Shown: positions 30,410 through 41,172, numbered from the stretch's first letter. The stretch is DNA of 64,000 bases from an uncultured Acidobacteriota bacterium (GCA_963809485.1 CAWEJX010000001.1:192001-256000), one strand, 5' to 3'. Notes: generated by a model from the sequence alone, not told the origin. Translations and numbers: made by a program.

Positions 30410-31402
30410 TCAAAACAGCTTGATGTGGACTTTGCCGGCCACTCCGGTTCCGGCGGTTTCAAAAGCCTCACGAATGCTTTCCAAGGGAAAAGTATGGGTA
30501 ACGACCCGGGCAGGATGGAGCGTCCCTTTCGCCACCCTGTCGATCGCGTTGGCGAAATCGGCCGGGTGGTCATAGATCATGGAAGTGCGTATATTGATTC
30601 CTTCGCGCACAAGCCGCATCGGGACAAAACTCACGGGCGTGGATGCCAGCCCCAGAAGAATCACCTGGGCCCCCCGGGGTGCTGCGCTCAATGCGAGTTC
30701 GAGGGTGGCGGAAACCCCGGCGCACTCGAATACCGCGGTCACGTTCTCCTTCTGCCATACTTGCCCCGTATCTTCGCTTCCTGAAGGGATGGCGCCCATC
30801 CGTCTTGCCATCTCCAGCTTTTCAGCAACGCTGTCATGGGCAACCACGCGGACTCCCTCTGCCAGGGCGGCGTGGATGAGGAGCAGGCCGACCACGCCGC
30901 ATCCCAGGACGGCGACGGTTTCCCCCGCCCGGACTCCGGACGCCAGCAATCCATGGAGCGATACGGCCAGCGGCTCAATGGTGGCCGCGTCCCGATCTGA
31001 AATGGAATCGGGCAAAGGCCAGACGAAATCCGCAGGCGCCACGGCCCGCTCCGAGAAGCAGCCGGGCACGTTCACGCCCATGCTCCGCTTTTGGGGGCAA
31101 ATGGCCCCGCGCCCCGCGCGGCACCATGCGCAGGCTCCACAGGGATAATTCGGCTCCACAATCACCCGCTGTCCGGGTTTCAGCTTCGTGCCCGCTTGAC
31201 ACGGAGACAGGACCCGTCCCACCACTTCATGACCCAGCACGAACGGATAGGGCACCTGACGGTGGCCCGAATAGAACGACAAATCCGTCCCGCAGATGCC
31301 GGCAAACTGCGGCTGTATGACGACGTCATCTTCGGACAGGATGGGCTCCGCCGCATCCGCGATTTCAATTCTTCCGGGTCCCAGCAGCAGTGCGGCCTTC
31401 AT
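30410..31402 (-). CDS. Zinc-dependent medium-chain dehydrogenase
   Basis: GICGTD, GHE, CGACAWC..G...C, GCGVVG. Confidence 0.9.
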   Translation of the reverse strand: MKAALLLGPGRIEIADAAEPILSEDDVVIQPQFAGICGTDLSFYSGHRQVPYPFVLGHEVVGRVLSPCQAGTKLKPGQRVIVEPNYPCGACAWCRAGRGAICPQKRSMGVNVPGCFSERAVAPADFVWPLPDSISDRDAATIEPLAVSLHGLLASGVRAGETVAVLGCGVVGLLLIHAALAEGVRVVAHDSVAEKLEMARRMGAIPSGSEDTGQVWQKENVTAVFECAGVSATLELALSAAPRGAQVILLGLASTPVSFVPMRLVREGINIRTSMIYDHPADFANAIDRVAKGTLHPARVVTHTFPLESIREAFETAGTGVAGKVHIKLF

Positions 31403-31596
31403 CGCATTCTCCAAAACAGAGCCCTGTCCCCCAGGCCCTGATTTAGCCTAACATACAATCCGGGATTTTCCCCATGCTGGAATTGAGGTAAGGTTTGGAA
31501 TGCCGATAAAAAAATGGGATTGAAAAGACGAACCATGCTAGAATGCGTCGCTTAGCAGCAACCAGGACCATCAATATTGTTGGAGGAATCTGAAAA

Positions 31597-31899
31597 ATGT
31601 CCTTTAAGATTTCGGAAGAATGCATTAATTGCGGTGCGTGTCAGCCGGAATGCCCCAATGAGGCAATATTCGCCGGTGGTGAGGATTACGAATTCAAAGG
31701 CAAGACCAATTCGGCTCTCTCCCAGGATTTCTACTATATTGTCGCCGACAAATGCACGGAATGTGTCGGTTTCCACGATGAGCCCATGTGCGCATCCGTG
31801 TGCCCGACCGATGCCTGTGTAAAGGATCCCGAGAAGGTTGAGTCGAAGGAAGCGCTGTTGGCAAAAGCCAAAGCCCTGCATCCTGACAAAAAATTCTAG
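31597..31899 (+). CDS. 2x[4Fe-4S] ferredoxin (YfhL-like)
   Basis: CINCGACQPECP and CTECVG...CASVCP. Confidence 0.93.
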   Translation: MSFKISEECINCGACQPECPNEAIFAGGEDYEFKGKTNSALSQDFYYIVADKCTECVGFHDEPMCASVCPTDACVKDPEKVESKEALLAKAKALHPDKKF

Positions 31900-32314
31900 C
31901 CCCTCTCAAAGACCTGCGGAAGCTCGCAGAGCGATGTAGCCAGGCTGCAGCCTGCGAGCTTCCCCCCTTCATGCAAAACAAGGCATGGCACGTTTTGATG
32001 TGCTTTGTTGCGTTTCAGACCCTATTTCCAGAACATTAACGGCCGTTTCCCTGCTCCCTCCCGCCCCGTCCGGATGTTTAGTTTTTTCCGGCTTTGTGAT
32101 TTTTATCACGCAGTTCCCGATTCCTGCCGATAGGTATTAATACGTAGCTCGATTTGGGTACTTTGGCGTATTGAGCCTTCAACCAAATTGCCTTTGAATA
32201 AAGCCGGATTGGGAAAATAGACATATCGCCCGAAACGGCAAACAAATGACTGAAACGCGGATTAAACGGAAAACGCACATTCGGCTTGCTGGTATGCCAC
32301 AATGGAGAGGCGCT

Positions 32315-32506
32315 ATGACTGCATGCAGTTTCACAAAGCTGGTGCAATTGCTGGACAAGCAACTCAATCTGGACCAGAGGCTGGAAGTTCTGGAGCATCT
32401 GGATTCATGCAAAATCTGCCGCGATGCCGTGTATCAGATATCCCGCGACAGAGACGAGGCTTTCTTCGTGCACCGTCCCTATAACGTAGAAAAAAACGTT
32501 GCCTGA
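32315..32506 (+). CDS. Small zf-HC2 (zinc anti-sigma-like) protein
   Basis: C...LLD..L....LEHLDSCKIC; GGAGAGG SD. Confidence 0.65.
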   Translation: MTACSFTKLVQLLDKQLNLDQRLEVLEHLDSCKICRDAVYQISRDRDEAFFVHRPYNVEKNVA

Positions 32507-32548
32507 TGCCTGTTCGGGAAAGTGCTCCTGGAACGCGCTTCGAGAAAA

Positions 32549-35500
32549 TCATGCCTCTGACTCCAAAACCTCAGGAAAGAGGTTTCCAAGAGGGGTCACG
32601 CCCAGGTGAACCACCCGATCTACGATAGCAAGCTGATTCGGATCAACCTTTCCCCGCTTCAGCAGTAACGCCTCATTAAAAAGCACGTCCGCCCTTAATA
32701 ACTCCAAACTCAGTAATGCCCGGATCTCCAGGGGATCGTCCATTTTGCCCTGGCTTACGGCCCGGGACGCATCCAGGAAGATCCGTATTCCCAGAGACCG
32801 GAGACCGGCTCCAAGCAGGGGCGTGATGCTCGCGTGAAATGCCTCCGTTAGAATGGCCCCGAATTCGGCGAGGGCAGCCAATGCCTGGGAAGGGCCGGAC
32901 GATTTGTGCTTCCTGAATGCGGCGATTTTGAGCCCCGCAGCCACCGCGTGACGGATTATTTGGGATTCAGCCCGCAACAGCTTATCTAGAATCGGGTGCC
33001 GCTCGTCTATATTTTCAAGAATCTTCCGGGCATCGGATGGTCGGAAGTCCGGGTCTTCAGCCAGGGCTGCCTGGGCCTGGCCTAAAAGCCTCTTCATGCG
33101 CTCGACAGTCCGCGATTCGTTGAGCATATTGCGCCGTATCTTTGGATCTGCGTAATCCCACAGCGGCCCATTCCCGGAAGCCCGGCAAGCGGGCACAAGC
33201 GCACAGTAGGCCAGGATCAGGCGCGCCGTCTCGAGCGACTGATACTTTTCGGGTTCCGTGAAGTAGCATTCGTGGATAATCCGCTTCAGGGAGGCCTGGA
33301 TAGCGATGGACATATCCTTGTATAGGGGATCTCCAGGGTCCGCAGGCAGATTCAGCCATGCCTGCCCTGCAAGCCTGGCGGCTGCCTGGGAAAACGATAC
33401 CCGAAGGGAAACCAGGCCGTTGCCGAGCAGATCGGGTCCGTTAGACAGAACCTCCTCCGTCCGCTGCTCCATCATGTCGATATAGTCGCCGACAACCGGG
33501 ATTTCCGCTTTGAAATAGGTTTCCACGGCCGGTCCTGCCTGGATCCGGAGATGCTTGCGCCGCAGGTCGCGCTTCGCATAAAGAAGCGTGTAATTCATCT
33601 CCATCGAATCTTCATGAATCCGGACGCCACCGCCGCCCGGCAGGTTCATGACCAGCGAAAGAATGCTCTTGCGCTGATTGCCCGCCATGATATCCGCGGA
33701 CTTCAGCGTGAACAGCAACTCGCCATCGGCCTCGGCTACTTCCGCAACGGCGACAGACTCATTCAGGTGCGATTGCCACGCACGCAGGAAAGGCATCGTG
33801 ACCTCGACCTCGGTCTGCCTTCGGATGCCGTGAGTAAGTTTTCCCAGGCCGATTTTAACCTGGGGGTGACGGGCTGTTAGAAGCTCCTCAAAGTTTCCCT
33901 CGACCGCCTTCCGGAATAGAGCCGACACGGATTCCGGGTTCACGCTGAAATCGAAACTCACATCGAGCAGTGCCTCCCGGCTGGTGTCTGACCCGCAGGC
34001 AGCCGTCCATTCGAAAACGTATTTGCGATGAAGCGCCTGCAGAGCTTTGTCATAAAGCTCCTGCCGCCTGGAGAGAAGCTGGTTCATCACGCCGCGAACC
34101 TTTTCCAGATCGCCAAAAGCCAGTTTGTCCAATCCGAGGAACTGCGCCAGCCTGCGTTGGAGAAAAGCGTCAAGTCGGGCGAATCCCGCTTCGTCCGCCG
34201 CCTGCGCAGCTTTGTCCAAATTGAGCTCCGTTTCCATGTAGCTTTGAAAACGCATCAGGATCCTCTCGGTGACATCCCCGTCGAGTATCTGCGAGACTTT
34301 TCTTCCGATGCCCTGGATATAGGAAACCGGTTTGGACAGCAGGCTGAGCGCACCGTCGTCCGCTGCCGCTTCGAGCAGCTGACCGGCCGGGGTGCGGAAT
34401 GAAACCGCCCGGCTCAGCTCTGCGTTCAATAGCAGGCGCAAGCCATCGGGCGTGATGTCGCCGAGGCGGTGCGCCAGCCTGCGAGCTTCGGCCAGGTCGG
34501 CCTTTTCCTCAACCATGCTCAACAGGGTCGAGGAAAGCTTGTGGGGCAGGTCGTGCCATTTCACGAGGAACTGGACGACATCCCGGTGAACCGCATCAAA
34601 CTGTTCGTGGAGGTTTTCGGCCGAAACTCCGGCCATGCAGGCGACCAGGTTTTCCGAGCCCTCCAGCCCGGCGTTCATCAGAAATCTCGAAAGAGGTACG
34701 GCCGGATCGTTCCATTGTTCCAGCAAACGCAGATCGCGCAGGATCTGCTGCCCGTGGCAGCCAAAAACTGCGGCAAGGAATCCCTCCATTCGATCGGGCA
34801 GTATTTTGTCCACTGCCTGCAGCGAAAGCCTCGCGTCGAGCGAAACGTCGAGTTGGCGGCTTTTGAGCCGGAAAAGGCGGAGCCGCAGGATGTTTTGATC
34901 GGTATCCCTGCTGATCACGATTGCGCAGCGCCCGCCCGCCGAAAATTCGGCGTCCGCAACGATTCCGGTCTGCAGACGCAGGCCAAGATCGCCCGACAAG
35001 CCGCCCAAAGCAGCCTCTCGCACCCAGCTAAAGCGGTAACCCAACTGGGATTCCAGGCGTAAGCGGATCATGCCAACGGTTTCCGCCATAATCCATGTCC
35101 CGGGCGGTACCTGTTCCGCAGAATGGATCTGGCGCGGCAGTATCCAGCTGTCCGCATTTGACTGGACGACATCGCGGGCGGGCATGGCGGCGGGAAGGCG
35201 GCGGATAACCGCAAAAACTCCTTCGTTCTCCCGGGAGGTCGCCAGAGCGGCTTTCCCCGTCGCTCCCAGCGCAACGGCGCCGTTCACCTTGCTGCCCGCG
35301 GCATATCCCCAGCGCAGCATGCTCAGAATAGAATTCCCATCGCATCCAAATTCCTGGGCCGAAAGCAAAAGATCTTCGACCTCATCTCCAAGACTGGACA
35401 GCAGGGTGTTGCCTGTTCGAAAGACACCGAAACCGGAAAATCTGCCGGCTTGCGCGGTGAAGCTGACTCTATCCCGGCCCTGCCCAAACTCAATCGGCAG

Positions 35501-35683
35501 GGGGGTCGATGCCTCCAGCCTGATCTCCGACATCACGATATCGCGGGAGGGGAACGGCTCCGAATCCGATGAAAGCGCAGCCTCTACGTCGGGCTGGAGG
35601 GGTCCCGTTGGCTTGAAACCCAATGAGGAGGCTTTATCGAGCAGGGACAGGTTCTTTTCGAACCGGAATTCTCTGACTTTCAC
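32549..35683 (-). CDS. Large hypothetical protein (~1044 aa)
   Basis: Long uninterrupted ORF; AGAGGA SD before GTG; no recognisable motif. Confidence 0.8.
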   Translation of the reverse strand: MKVREFRFEKNLSLLDKASSLGFKPTGPLQPDVEAALSSDSEPFPSRDIVMSEIRLEASTPLPIEFGQGRDRVSFTAQAGRFSGFGVFRTGNTLLSSLGDEVEDLLLSAQEFGCDGNSILSMLRWGYAAGSKVNGAVALGATGKAALATSRENEGVFAVIRRLPAAMPARDVVQSNADSWILPRQIHSAEQVPPGTWIMAETVGMIRLRLESQLGYRFSWVREAALGGLSGDLGLRLQTGIVADAEFSAGGRCAIVISRDTDQNILRLRLFRLKSRQLDVSLDARLSLQAVDKILPDRMEGFLAAVFGCHGQQILRDLRLLEQWNDPAVPLSRFLMNAGLEGSENLVACMAGVSAENLHEQFDAVHRDVVQFLVKWHDLPHKLSSTLLSMVEEKADLAEARRLAHRLGDITPDGLRLLLNAELSRAVSFRTPAGQLLEAAADDGALSLLSKPVSYIQGIGRKVSQILDGDVTERILMRFQSYMETELNLDKAAQAADEAGFARLDAFLQRRLAQFLGLDKLAFGDLEKVRGVMNQLLSRRQELYDKALQALHRKYVFEWTAACGSDTSREALLDVSFDFSVNPESVSALFRKAVEGNFEELLTARHPQVKIGLGKLTHGIRRQTEVEVTMPFLRAWQSHLNESVAVAEVAEADGELLFTLKSADIMAGNQRKSILSLVMNLPGGGGVRIHEDSMEMNYTLLYAKRDLRRKHLRIQAGPAVETYFKAEIPVVGDYIDMMEQRTEEVLSNGPDLLGNGLVSLRVSFSQAAARLAGQAWLNLPADPGDPLYKDMSIAIQASLKRIIHECYFTEPEKYQSLETARLILAYCALVPACRASGNGPLWDYADPKIRRNMLNESRTVERMKRLLGQAQAALAEDPDFRPSDARKILENIDERHPILDKLLRAESQIIRHAVAAGLKIAAFRKHKSSGPSQALAALAEFGAILTEAFHASITPLLGAGLRSLGIRIFLDASRAVSQGKMDDPLEIRALLSLELLRADVLFNEALLLKRGKVDPNQLAIVDRVVHLGVTPLGNLFPEVLESEA

Positions 35684-35840
35684 TTGAGATGGTCCTCTTG
35701 CGGGCATCTTCGCCGAAAACAGACTGCCACGTCAAGAAGCGCTAGTTTTCGGCGAGCAGGGATACGCAGGCGGATGAGATTCATCGGCATACATCGCCGA
35801 GGTACGCCCGCAAGATCCGATGAGGCGCTTCCGATGGCGC

Positions 35841-37386
35841 TCATTGCCAGTACGTGCGATCCAGTGTCCGGTATTGAATCGCTTCGGCCACGTGGTGCGC
35901 CTGGATCTTTTCGCTGCCTTCAAGATCGGCCATAGTGCGCGATACCCGCAGGATCCTGTCGTAAGCGCGTGCGGACAAACCGATGCGGGTGATGGCATCC
36001 TCCATCTGTTTTTCGGATTCAGAATCCAGTTTGCAGAAGCGCCGGAGGGTGCGCGGCGTCATTTGGGCGTTGCAGTATATGCCAAAGGCTGCCAGGCGCT
36101 TGTATTGCATGGAACGGGCCGAGAGTATGCGTTCGCGAATAACTGCGGATTCCTCGGATTTCTCGTCCTGAGCCAGCTCCTTGTATTTGACCGCCGGGAC
36201 CTGGATATGAAGATCGATCCGGTCCAGCAGCGGTCCGGACACCCTGGCCAGATAACGCTGGATCAGGGGCGGTGTGCATGCTGCATTCGTGCAGCGCATC
36301 GCCATAATAGCCGCACTGGCATGGATTCATGGCCGCAGCCAGCATAAACCGCGCCGGAAATGTCAGAGACATCGTGGCGCGCGCGATGGTGACCTCTCCG
36401 TCCTCGAGCGGCTGGCGCAGCACGTCCAGTACGTGGCGCTGAAATTCAGGAAGCTCGTCCAGGAACAATACGCCGTTGTGCGCCAGGCTCACCTCCCCAG
36501 GCCTCGGGACCGTGCCTCCCCCGATCAGGCCGGCATCCGAAATGGTATGGTGCGGAGCCCGGAACGGCCGCGACGCAACCAGTCCGGCCTGATCCGAAAG
36601 CAGTCCCGCCACCGAATGGATCTTTGTGGTTTCGATGGCTTCGTCGAAACTCATGGGGGGAAGGATGGTCGGGAGTCTCCTGGCAAGCATCGTTTTACCG
36701 GAACCGGGCGGACCGATCAGCAGAATGTTGTGCCCGCCGGCAACGGCGACCTCCATGGCGCGCTTGGCCTGATATTGTCCTTTGACATCCTTGAAATCCA
36801 CGCCGTACATATCGCGTTGCGCCAGCAGCTGGGCACGGTCCACGGCTAATGGAATCCAGGGCTGTTTGCCGTTGAGCAGTTCAATCACCTGCGACAGGTT
36901 CCGCACGGGGAATGCCCGGACGCCATCGACAACAGCGGCCTCCCGGGCATTTGCCTCCGGAACAATCAGGTGATGGAGCCCTCTCTCCCGCGCCATCGCG
37001 GCCATCGAAAGCGTGCCCTTGATCGGCCGGATCGATCCATCCAGCGAAAGCTCTCCCATGAACAGGAAGGCGGACAAATTCTGGGCACGGACGCATCCGG
37101 ACGCTCCCAGAATTCCCACCGCCATCGGAAGGTCGAAAGCCGAGCCTTCTTTCTTCAGATCCGCGGGGGCCAGGTTGATCGTGATCCGCTGGGCCGGAAG
37201 GATAAACCCGCAGTTGCGCAGCGCGGCTTTGACCCTTTCGCTGCTTTCCCGCACAGCCGTGTCGGGAAGCCCCACAGTCATAAGATTCAGCCGCTGCCCC
37301 GAGCTGAGATCCACTTCCACATAAATCGGATACGCCTTGATACCGAAGACTGCAGCGGACTGAACCCGAAAAAGCATGGCCGGCAT
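35841..37386 (-). pseudogene. comM: ComM/YifB Mg-chelatase-like AAA+ ATPase, split by a 1-nt insertion near 36279
   Basis: [49 protein letters not shown]; continues in another frame as [19 protein letters not shown]...SARAYDR. Confidence 0.85.
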
Positions 37387-37473
37387 GCTCCCTTCGCTAT
37401 ATCCAACCGTCATCCGCGGGATTGAGCCAAAAAATATTTGCATTGAGTCCCCCACCCCTGAGTTGCCCATTAT

Positions 37474-37482
37474 TGGTATAAT
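37474..37482 (+). promoter_or_regulatory. Extended -10 promoter element for hflX
   Basis: TG-G-TATAAT. Confidence 0.45.
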
Positions 37483-37493
37483 GCTTTTTATTT

Positions 37494-39209
37494 TTGATTA
37501 AGGGAGTCCGGCCCATCCAACAGATAGATGGAAACACTTTAGGCATCAAACAGTCCCAGCGACGGGCATTGGAAAGGACCTTTCGCAGACGCGTGTCCCC
37601 GGCACAGGTCGTTTCGCCGGAGCTGGCCAGGCATCTTGCGGTTCTCTCCAGAGAGCTTGGCAGGCAGGTCGGCGTTCTGCTTTCCCGCGACGGCATCATC
37701 CGCAACGTGATTCTGGGAGACGCCACGCATCTGGAACTCCCGGACATCGGAAGGCTGCGCGGAGGGACCGGCAGGTTCCGGGGACTCCGCCTCGTCCACA
37801 CCCATCTGCGCGGCGAACCCCTCACGCAGGATGATCTGAACGACCTGGCTTTGCTGCGGCTGGACCTTGTCGCGATGATTCAGGCGGAAGAAGACGGAGA
37901 CGCGGGCCGAATTGAGATAGCGCATATCCTGCCGGGGATTGAAAGCGAAGGGCAAAACAAAGATCCTTTCCGCAGGATTGAAGCCCGGGACATTTTCCAT
38001 TTAAATTTCAATTTCGAGGAAGAGATCCGGGCACTGGAAAGCGAGTTTTCCAGGCTCATTGGAAGACAGGCGGGCGGCACGCAGAAGGAACGCGCCCTAA
38101 TCCTTTCCATAACACCCGGCCAAACCGCATTATCCGAAATAATGGAACTCGTCCGGGCGGCGGGAGTCGAGATCGCGGAAGCCATGCCTTTGTCGGGAGG
38201 AAGGATCCATCCGCGCACGGTTGTCGGGCAGGGACGTCTCCAGCGCATTGCCCTTACCGCAATGCGCCGCAGCGCCGACGTCGCCATTTTCGACATCGAC
38301 TTGAAACCCGCGCAGGCGCGCGCGTTTGAGGACATGACCGGCTTGAAGGCCGTCGACCGGACTCAGCTGATTCTGGACATATTCGCCCAGCGGGCGCGCA
38401 GCCGGGACGGCAAGCTTCAGGTGGAACTGGCGCAACTCAAGTATTCGCTGCCTCGCCTGACCGAGGAGGACGCCGGATTGTCGCGCCTGGTGGGCGGGAT
38501 TGGAGGACGGGGTCCGGGCGAGACCGTCCTGGAGATCGGCAGGCGGAGAGCGCGCAGCCGAATACGCAGCCTGGAAAAAGAAATCGGAAAGCTCTCCAGC
38601 CAGCGCGGGGTGCGCAGGAGCCGCAGGATCCGGCAAGGCCTGCCCGTGCTCTCCATTATTGGATATACAAATGCCGGCAAGAGCACCCTGCTGAATGCGC
38701 TGACCCAAAGCCGCATCGATACGGCGGATCAGATGTTTGTCACGCTGGATCCGACTTCGCGACGGCTTCGCTTCCCCCGCCGCGGCAACGTCATTGTCAC
38801 AGATACGGTCGGCTTCATCCGTGATCTTCCGCCGGATCTTGTCGCCGCCTTCAAAGCAACCCTCGAAGAGCTTTCCGAGGCCGACCTGCTTCTTCATGTC
38901 GTGGATGCCTCGGATCCACGCCTGGAGGTAAAAATGGAAGCTGTCGGCCGCGTTCTGACCGACCTGGACCTGGGATCCATCCCAAGGCTGGTGGTGATGA
39001 ACAAGACAGACCTGGCCGAGGCCTCAGCCGTCGAAACACTGTGCCGCCGCTACGATGCCGTAGCCGTCAGTGCGCTCAAACGTGAAGGCCTCGACCAGCT
39101 TCTGAAGGCAGCGGAAGCGGCAATGGACCGGCATCTGAATTTATCGATGGAGGATTCCCCTGCAAATTTGCCAATAGTATCCGGCGACAGCCTTGAGCCG
39201 GCGGACTAG
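37494..39209 (+). CDS. hflX: GTPase HflX (long N-terminal form); true start may be ATC at 37515
   Basis: [50 protein letters not shown]. Confidence 0.93.
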   Translation: MIKGVRPIQQIDGNTLGIKQSQRRALERTFRRRVSPAQVVSPELARHLAVLSRELGRQVGVLLSRDGIIRNVILGDATHLELPDIGRLRGGTGRFRGLRLVHTHLRGEPLTQDDLNDLALLRLDLVAMIQAEEDGDAGRIEIAHILPGIESEGQNKDPFRRIEARDIFHLNFNFEEEIRALESEFSRLIGRQAGGTQKERALILSITPGQTALSEIMELVRAAGVEIAEAMPLSGGRIHPRTVVGQGRLQRIALTAMRRSADVAIFDIDLKPAQARAFEDMTGLKAVDRTQLILDIFAQRARSRDGKLQVELAQLKYSLPRLTEEDAGLSRLVGGIGGRGPGETVLEIGRRRARSRIRSLEKEIGKLSSQRGVRRSRRIRQGLPVLSIIGYTNAGKSTLLNALTQSRIDTADQMFVTLDPTSRRLRFPRRGNVIVTDTVGFIRDLPPDLVAAFKATLEELSEADLLLHVVDASDPRLEVKMEAVGRVLTDLDLGSIPRLVVMNKTDLAEASAVETLCRRYDAVAVSALKREGLDQLLKAAEAAMDRHLNLSMEDSPANLPIVSGDSLEPAD

Positions 39210-39403
39210 AGTCCGGCGGTGCCGGCTGTTTTGTCCTGTCCATCCGGCTTTTTGAAGCCCGGCCTTCGCGTCCTAGCCCTGCCCCTTTCCACTTGTGTCT
39301 CAACCTTAGGTTATGCAAAAATCAGCGCAAATTTTGTGACCATTTGAAAAGGAAGGCAATTCTGATAAAGCCGATCCTATTGCTTCGGAAAGGGAAAGCA
39401 AAC

Positions 39404-41161
39404 GTGAAAAGAAAGAATCTACTGACAAGTTCTCTGCTGCTGATTGCGGCAGCTCTGGCATTTGCCGGCCTGACGCCGCTTCAGGCCCAGCGCGGCAAGG
39501 CCTCCGCAAAACCGTTGATAACGGTCCTCAACCCGGCGATCGAAAGCAAGATGGTGGATCGCGTACCTTTGTCCCCGCGTCTGAATACGCTCGAGGGGAA
39601 AACACTCTATATGGTTGACATCGGCTGGGGCGGCCCTGATGCGGCCTACAGCGTGTTCGAGGAAATCCAGGCCTGGTTCCAGCAGAACATGCCCAGCGTT
39701 AAGACCGTCCTCAAAAGAAAGAAGGGACCTTACAGCCAGGACGATCCGCAACTCTGGAAGGAGATCGCCCAAAACGGAAATGCCGCATTGGTCGGCATAT
39801 CCGGCTGAGATGGCTGCACGTCGGCCGTGAGCCAACATGCAAAATCTCTTGAAAAAATGAACATCCCCACCGTAGGCGCCGCCGCCGCAAACATCGTGAA
39901 GTATGCGATGGGGTACGATTTTGAATACACCAACGGCATGCCCATCCGCTACGTAGGTTTCCCATTTCCCGTAGCCGGGCAGCCGAAATCCGTTCACCAC
40001 CGTTATGTATTTGAAAGCAAGGATGTTGTAAGCGGAAAGCCGATGATGACGGCCATCATCGACGCACTCACCAAGCCTTTGACGGAAAAAGAAAAGTTCG
40101 CCGGCAAACCGCCGGAAGCGATTCCGGAAAAGAGGCTTTTGGAGCCGGATACCGAAGACAACCTGCAGCAGCTCTTCAAGGACAAGGACTGGACCGACTA
40201 CTATCCCGTCACCCTTCCCACCGAAGAAAGAGTTGCCGCGATGCTCAAGGGCACCAGCCAGAAGCCGGACAAGGTCGTGAAAGTGCTCAGCTGGCCCGGC
40301 GGAGCGCGTGCGCTCACCGTGGAAAAAGCCGCGGTCTGCGCGGTCATGGCAGGAGCCAAGCCGGAGCATTTTCCCCTGGTTCTGGCCGTTTCCATGTCCC
40401 TGCCCTTCGGCAACTCCACTACTTCCATGGCGAACATGATTCTGGTCAACGGACCCATCCGGAACCAGGTGAAAATGAATTACGGCGGAAATGCCATGGG
40501 GCCGCACAATGAAGCCAATGCGGTGCTCGGCAGGGTCTTTACCCTGTTGTCGAAGACTGCGGGAGGCCTCCATGCCGGCAAGACCACCTTCAGCTCTATT
40601 GGAAGCAACCTCCAGTACAACAACGTCTGCATCGCTGAGAACGAAGAAGCCCTTCCCGCGGGATGGGATCCACTCCATGTGCAGATGGGTTTCAAGCCTA
40701 CGGATAGCGTCGTCAGCGTCGGCACCGGCTGGAGTTACATTTCCAGCGTGGGAGAAGTGCAAAGGTCCTATCCGGCGCAGTATCTGATACGGGATTACAT
40801 GAGATCTCTGGCTGCCATGGGCGGGGGCTCGATAATCCTGGATCCAACGGTTGCCGCCCTGCTGAAGGACACCCAGGGATTCAAAACCAAGGGCGAACTC
40901 AGCCAGTGGCTGGCCGATAATGTGGAAAAAACCGTTTCTTCCTATTGGGGCAATGGCGTCATTGCGACCTTTTCCGCGGCTATGGCGCTGCAGGGTCTCG
41001 AGCCTCAGGCGACTTGGATAAAAGCGCCTCCGGAAACATTGATCAAGCCTTTCAACGCCAAAGGTCTCCAGGTGATCGTGACCGGCGGTGGAATCCAGAC
41101 TACCTGGTTCGTAACCGATTTCAGACTCGGCAGAGGCACGCGGGTCGACGACTGGAAGTAA
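39404..41161 (+). CDS. Probable exported UGSC-family selenoprotein (in-frame TGA at 39806-39808, U-D-G-C) fused to a conserved C-terminal domain
   Basis: ORFs 39293-39808 and 39827-41161 share a frame and are separated only by TGA; reads GISG-U-DGCTSAVS; hairpin directly after UGA; N-terminal signal peptide. Confidence 0.75.
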
Positions 41162-41172
41162 TCAGCAGGCAT

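Noticed and set aside
31985-32002. sigma54 promoter at TGGCACG
   Set aside because: The -12 GC element is not at the required spacing.
39419-40762. Long antisense ORFs (also 18658-19998, 23227-24405, 15033-16109, 61044-62060)
   Set aside because: They are shadows of well-supported genes in GC-rich DNA and have no motifs.
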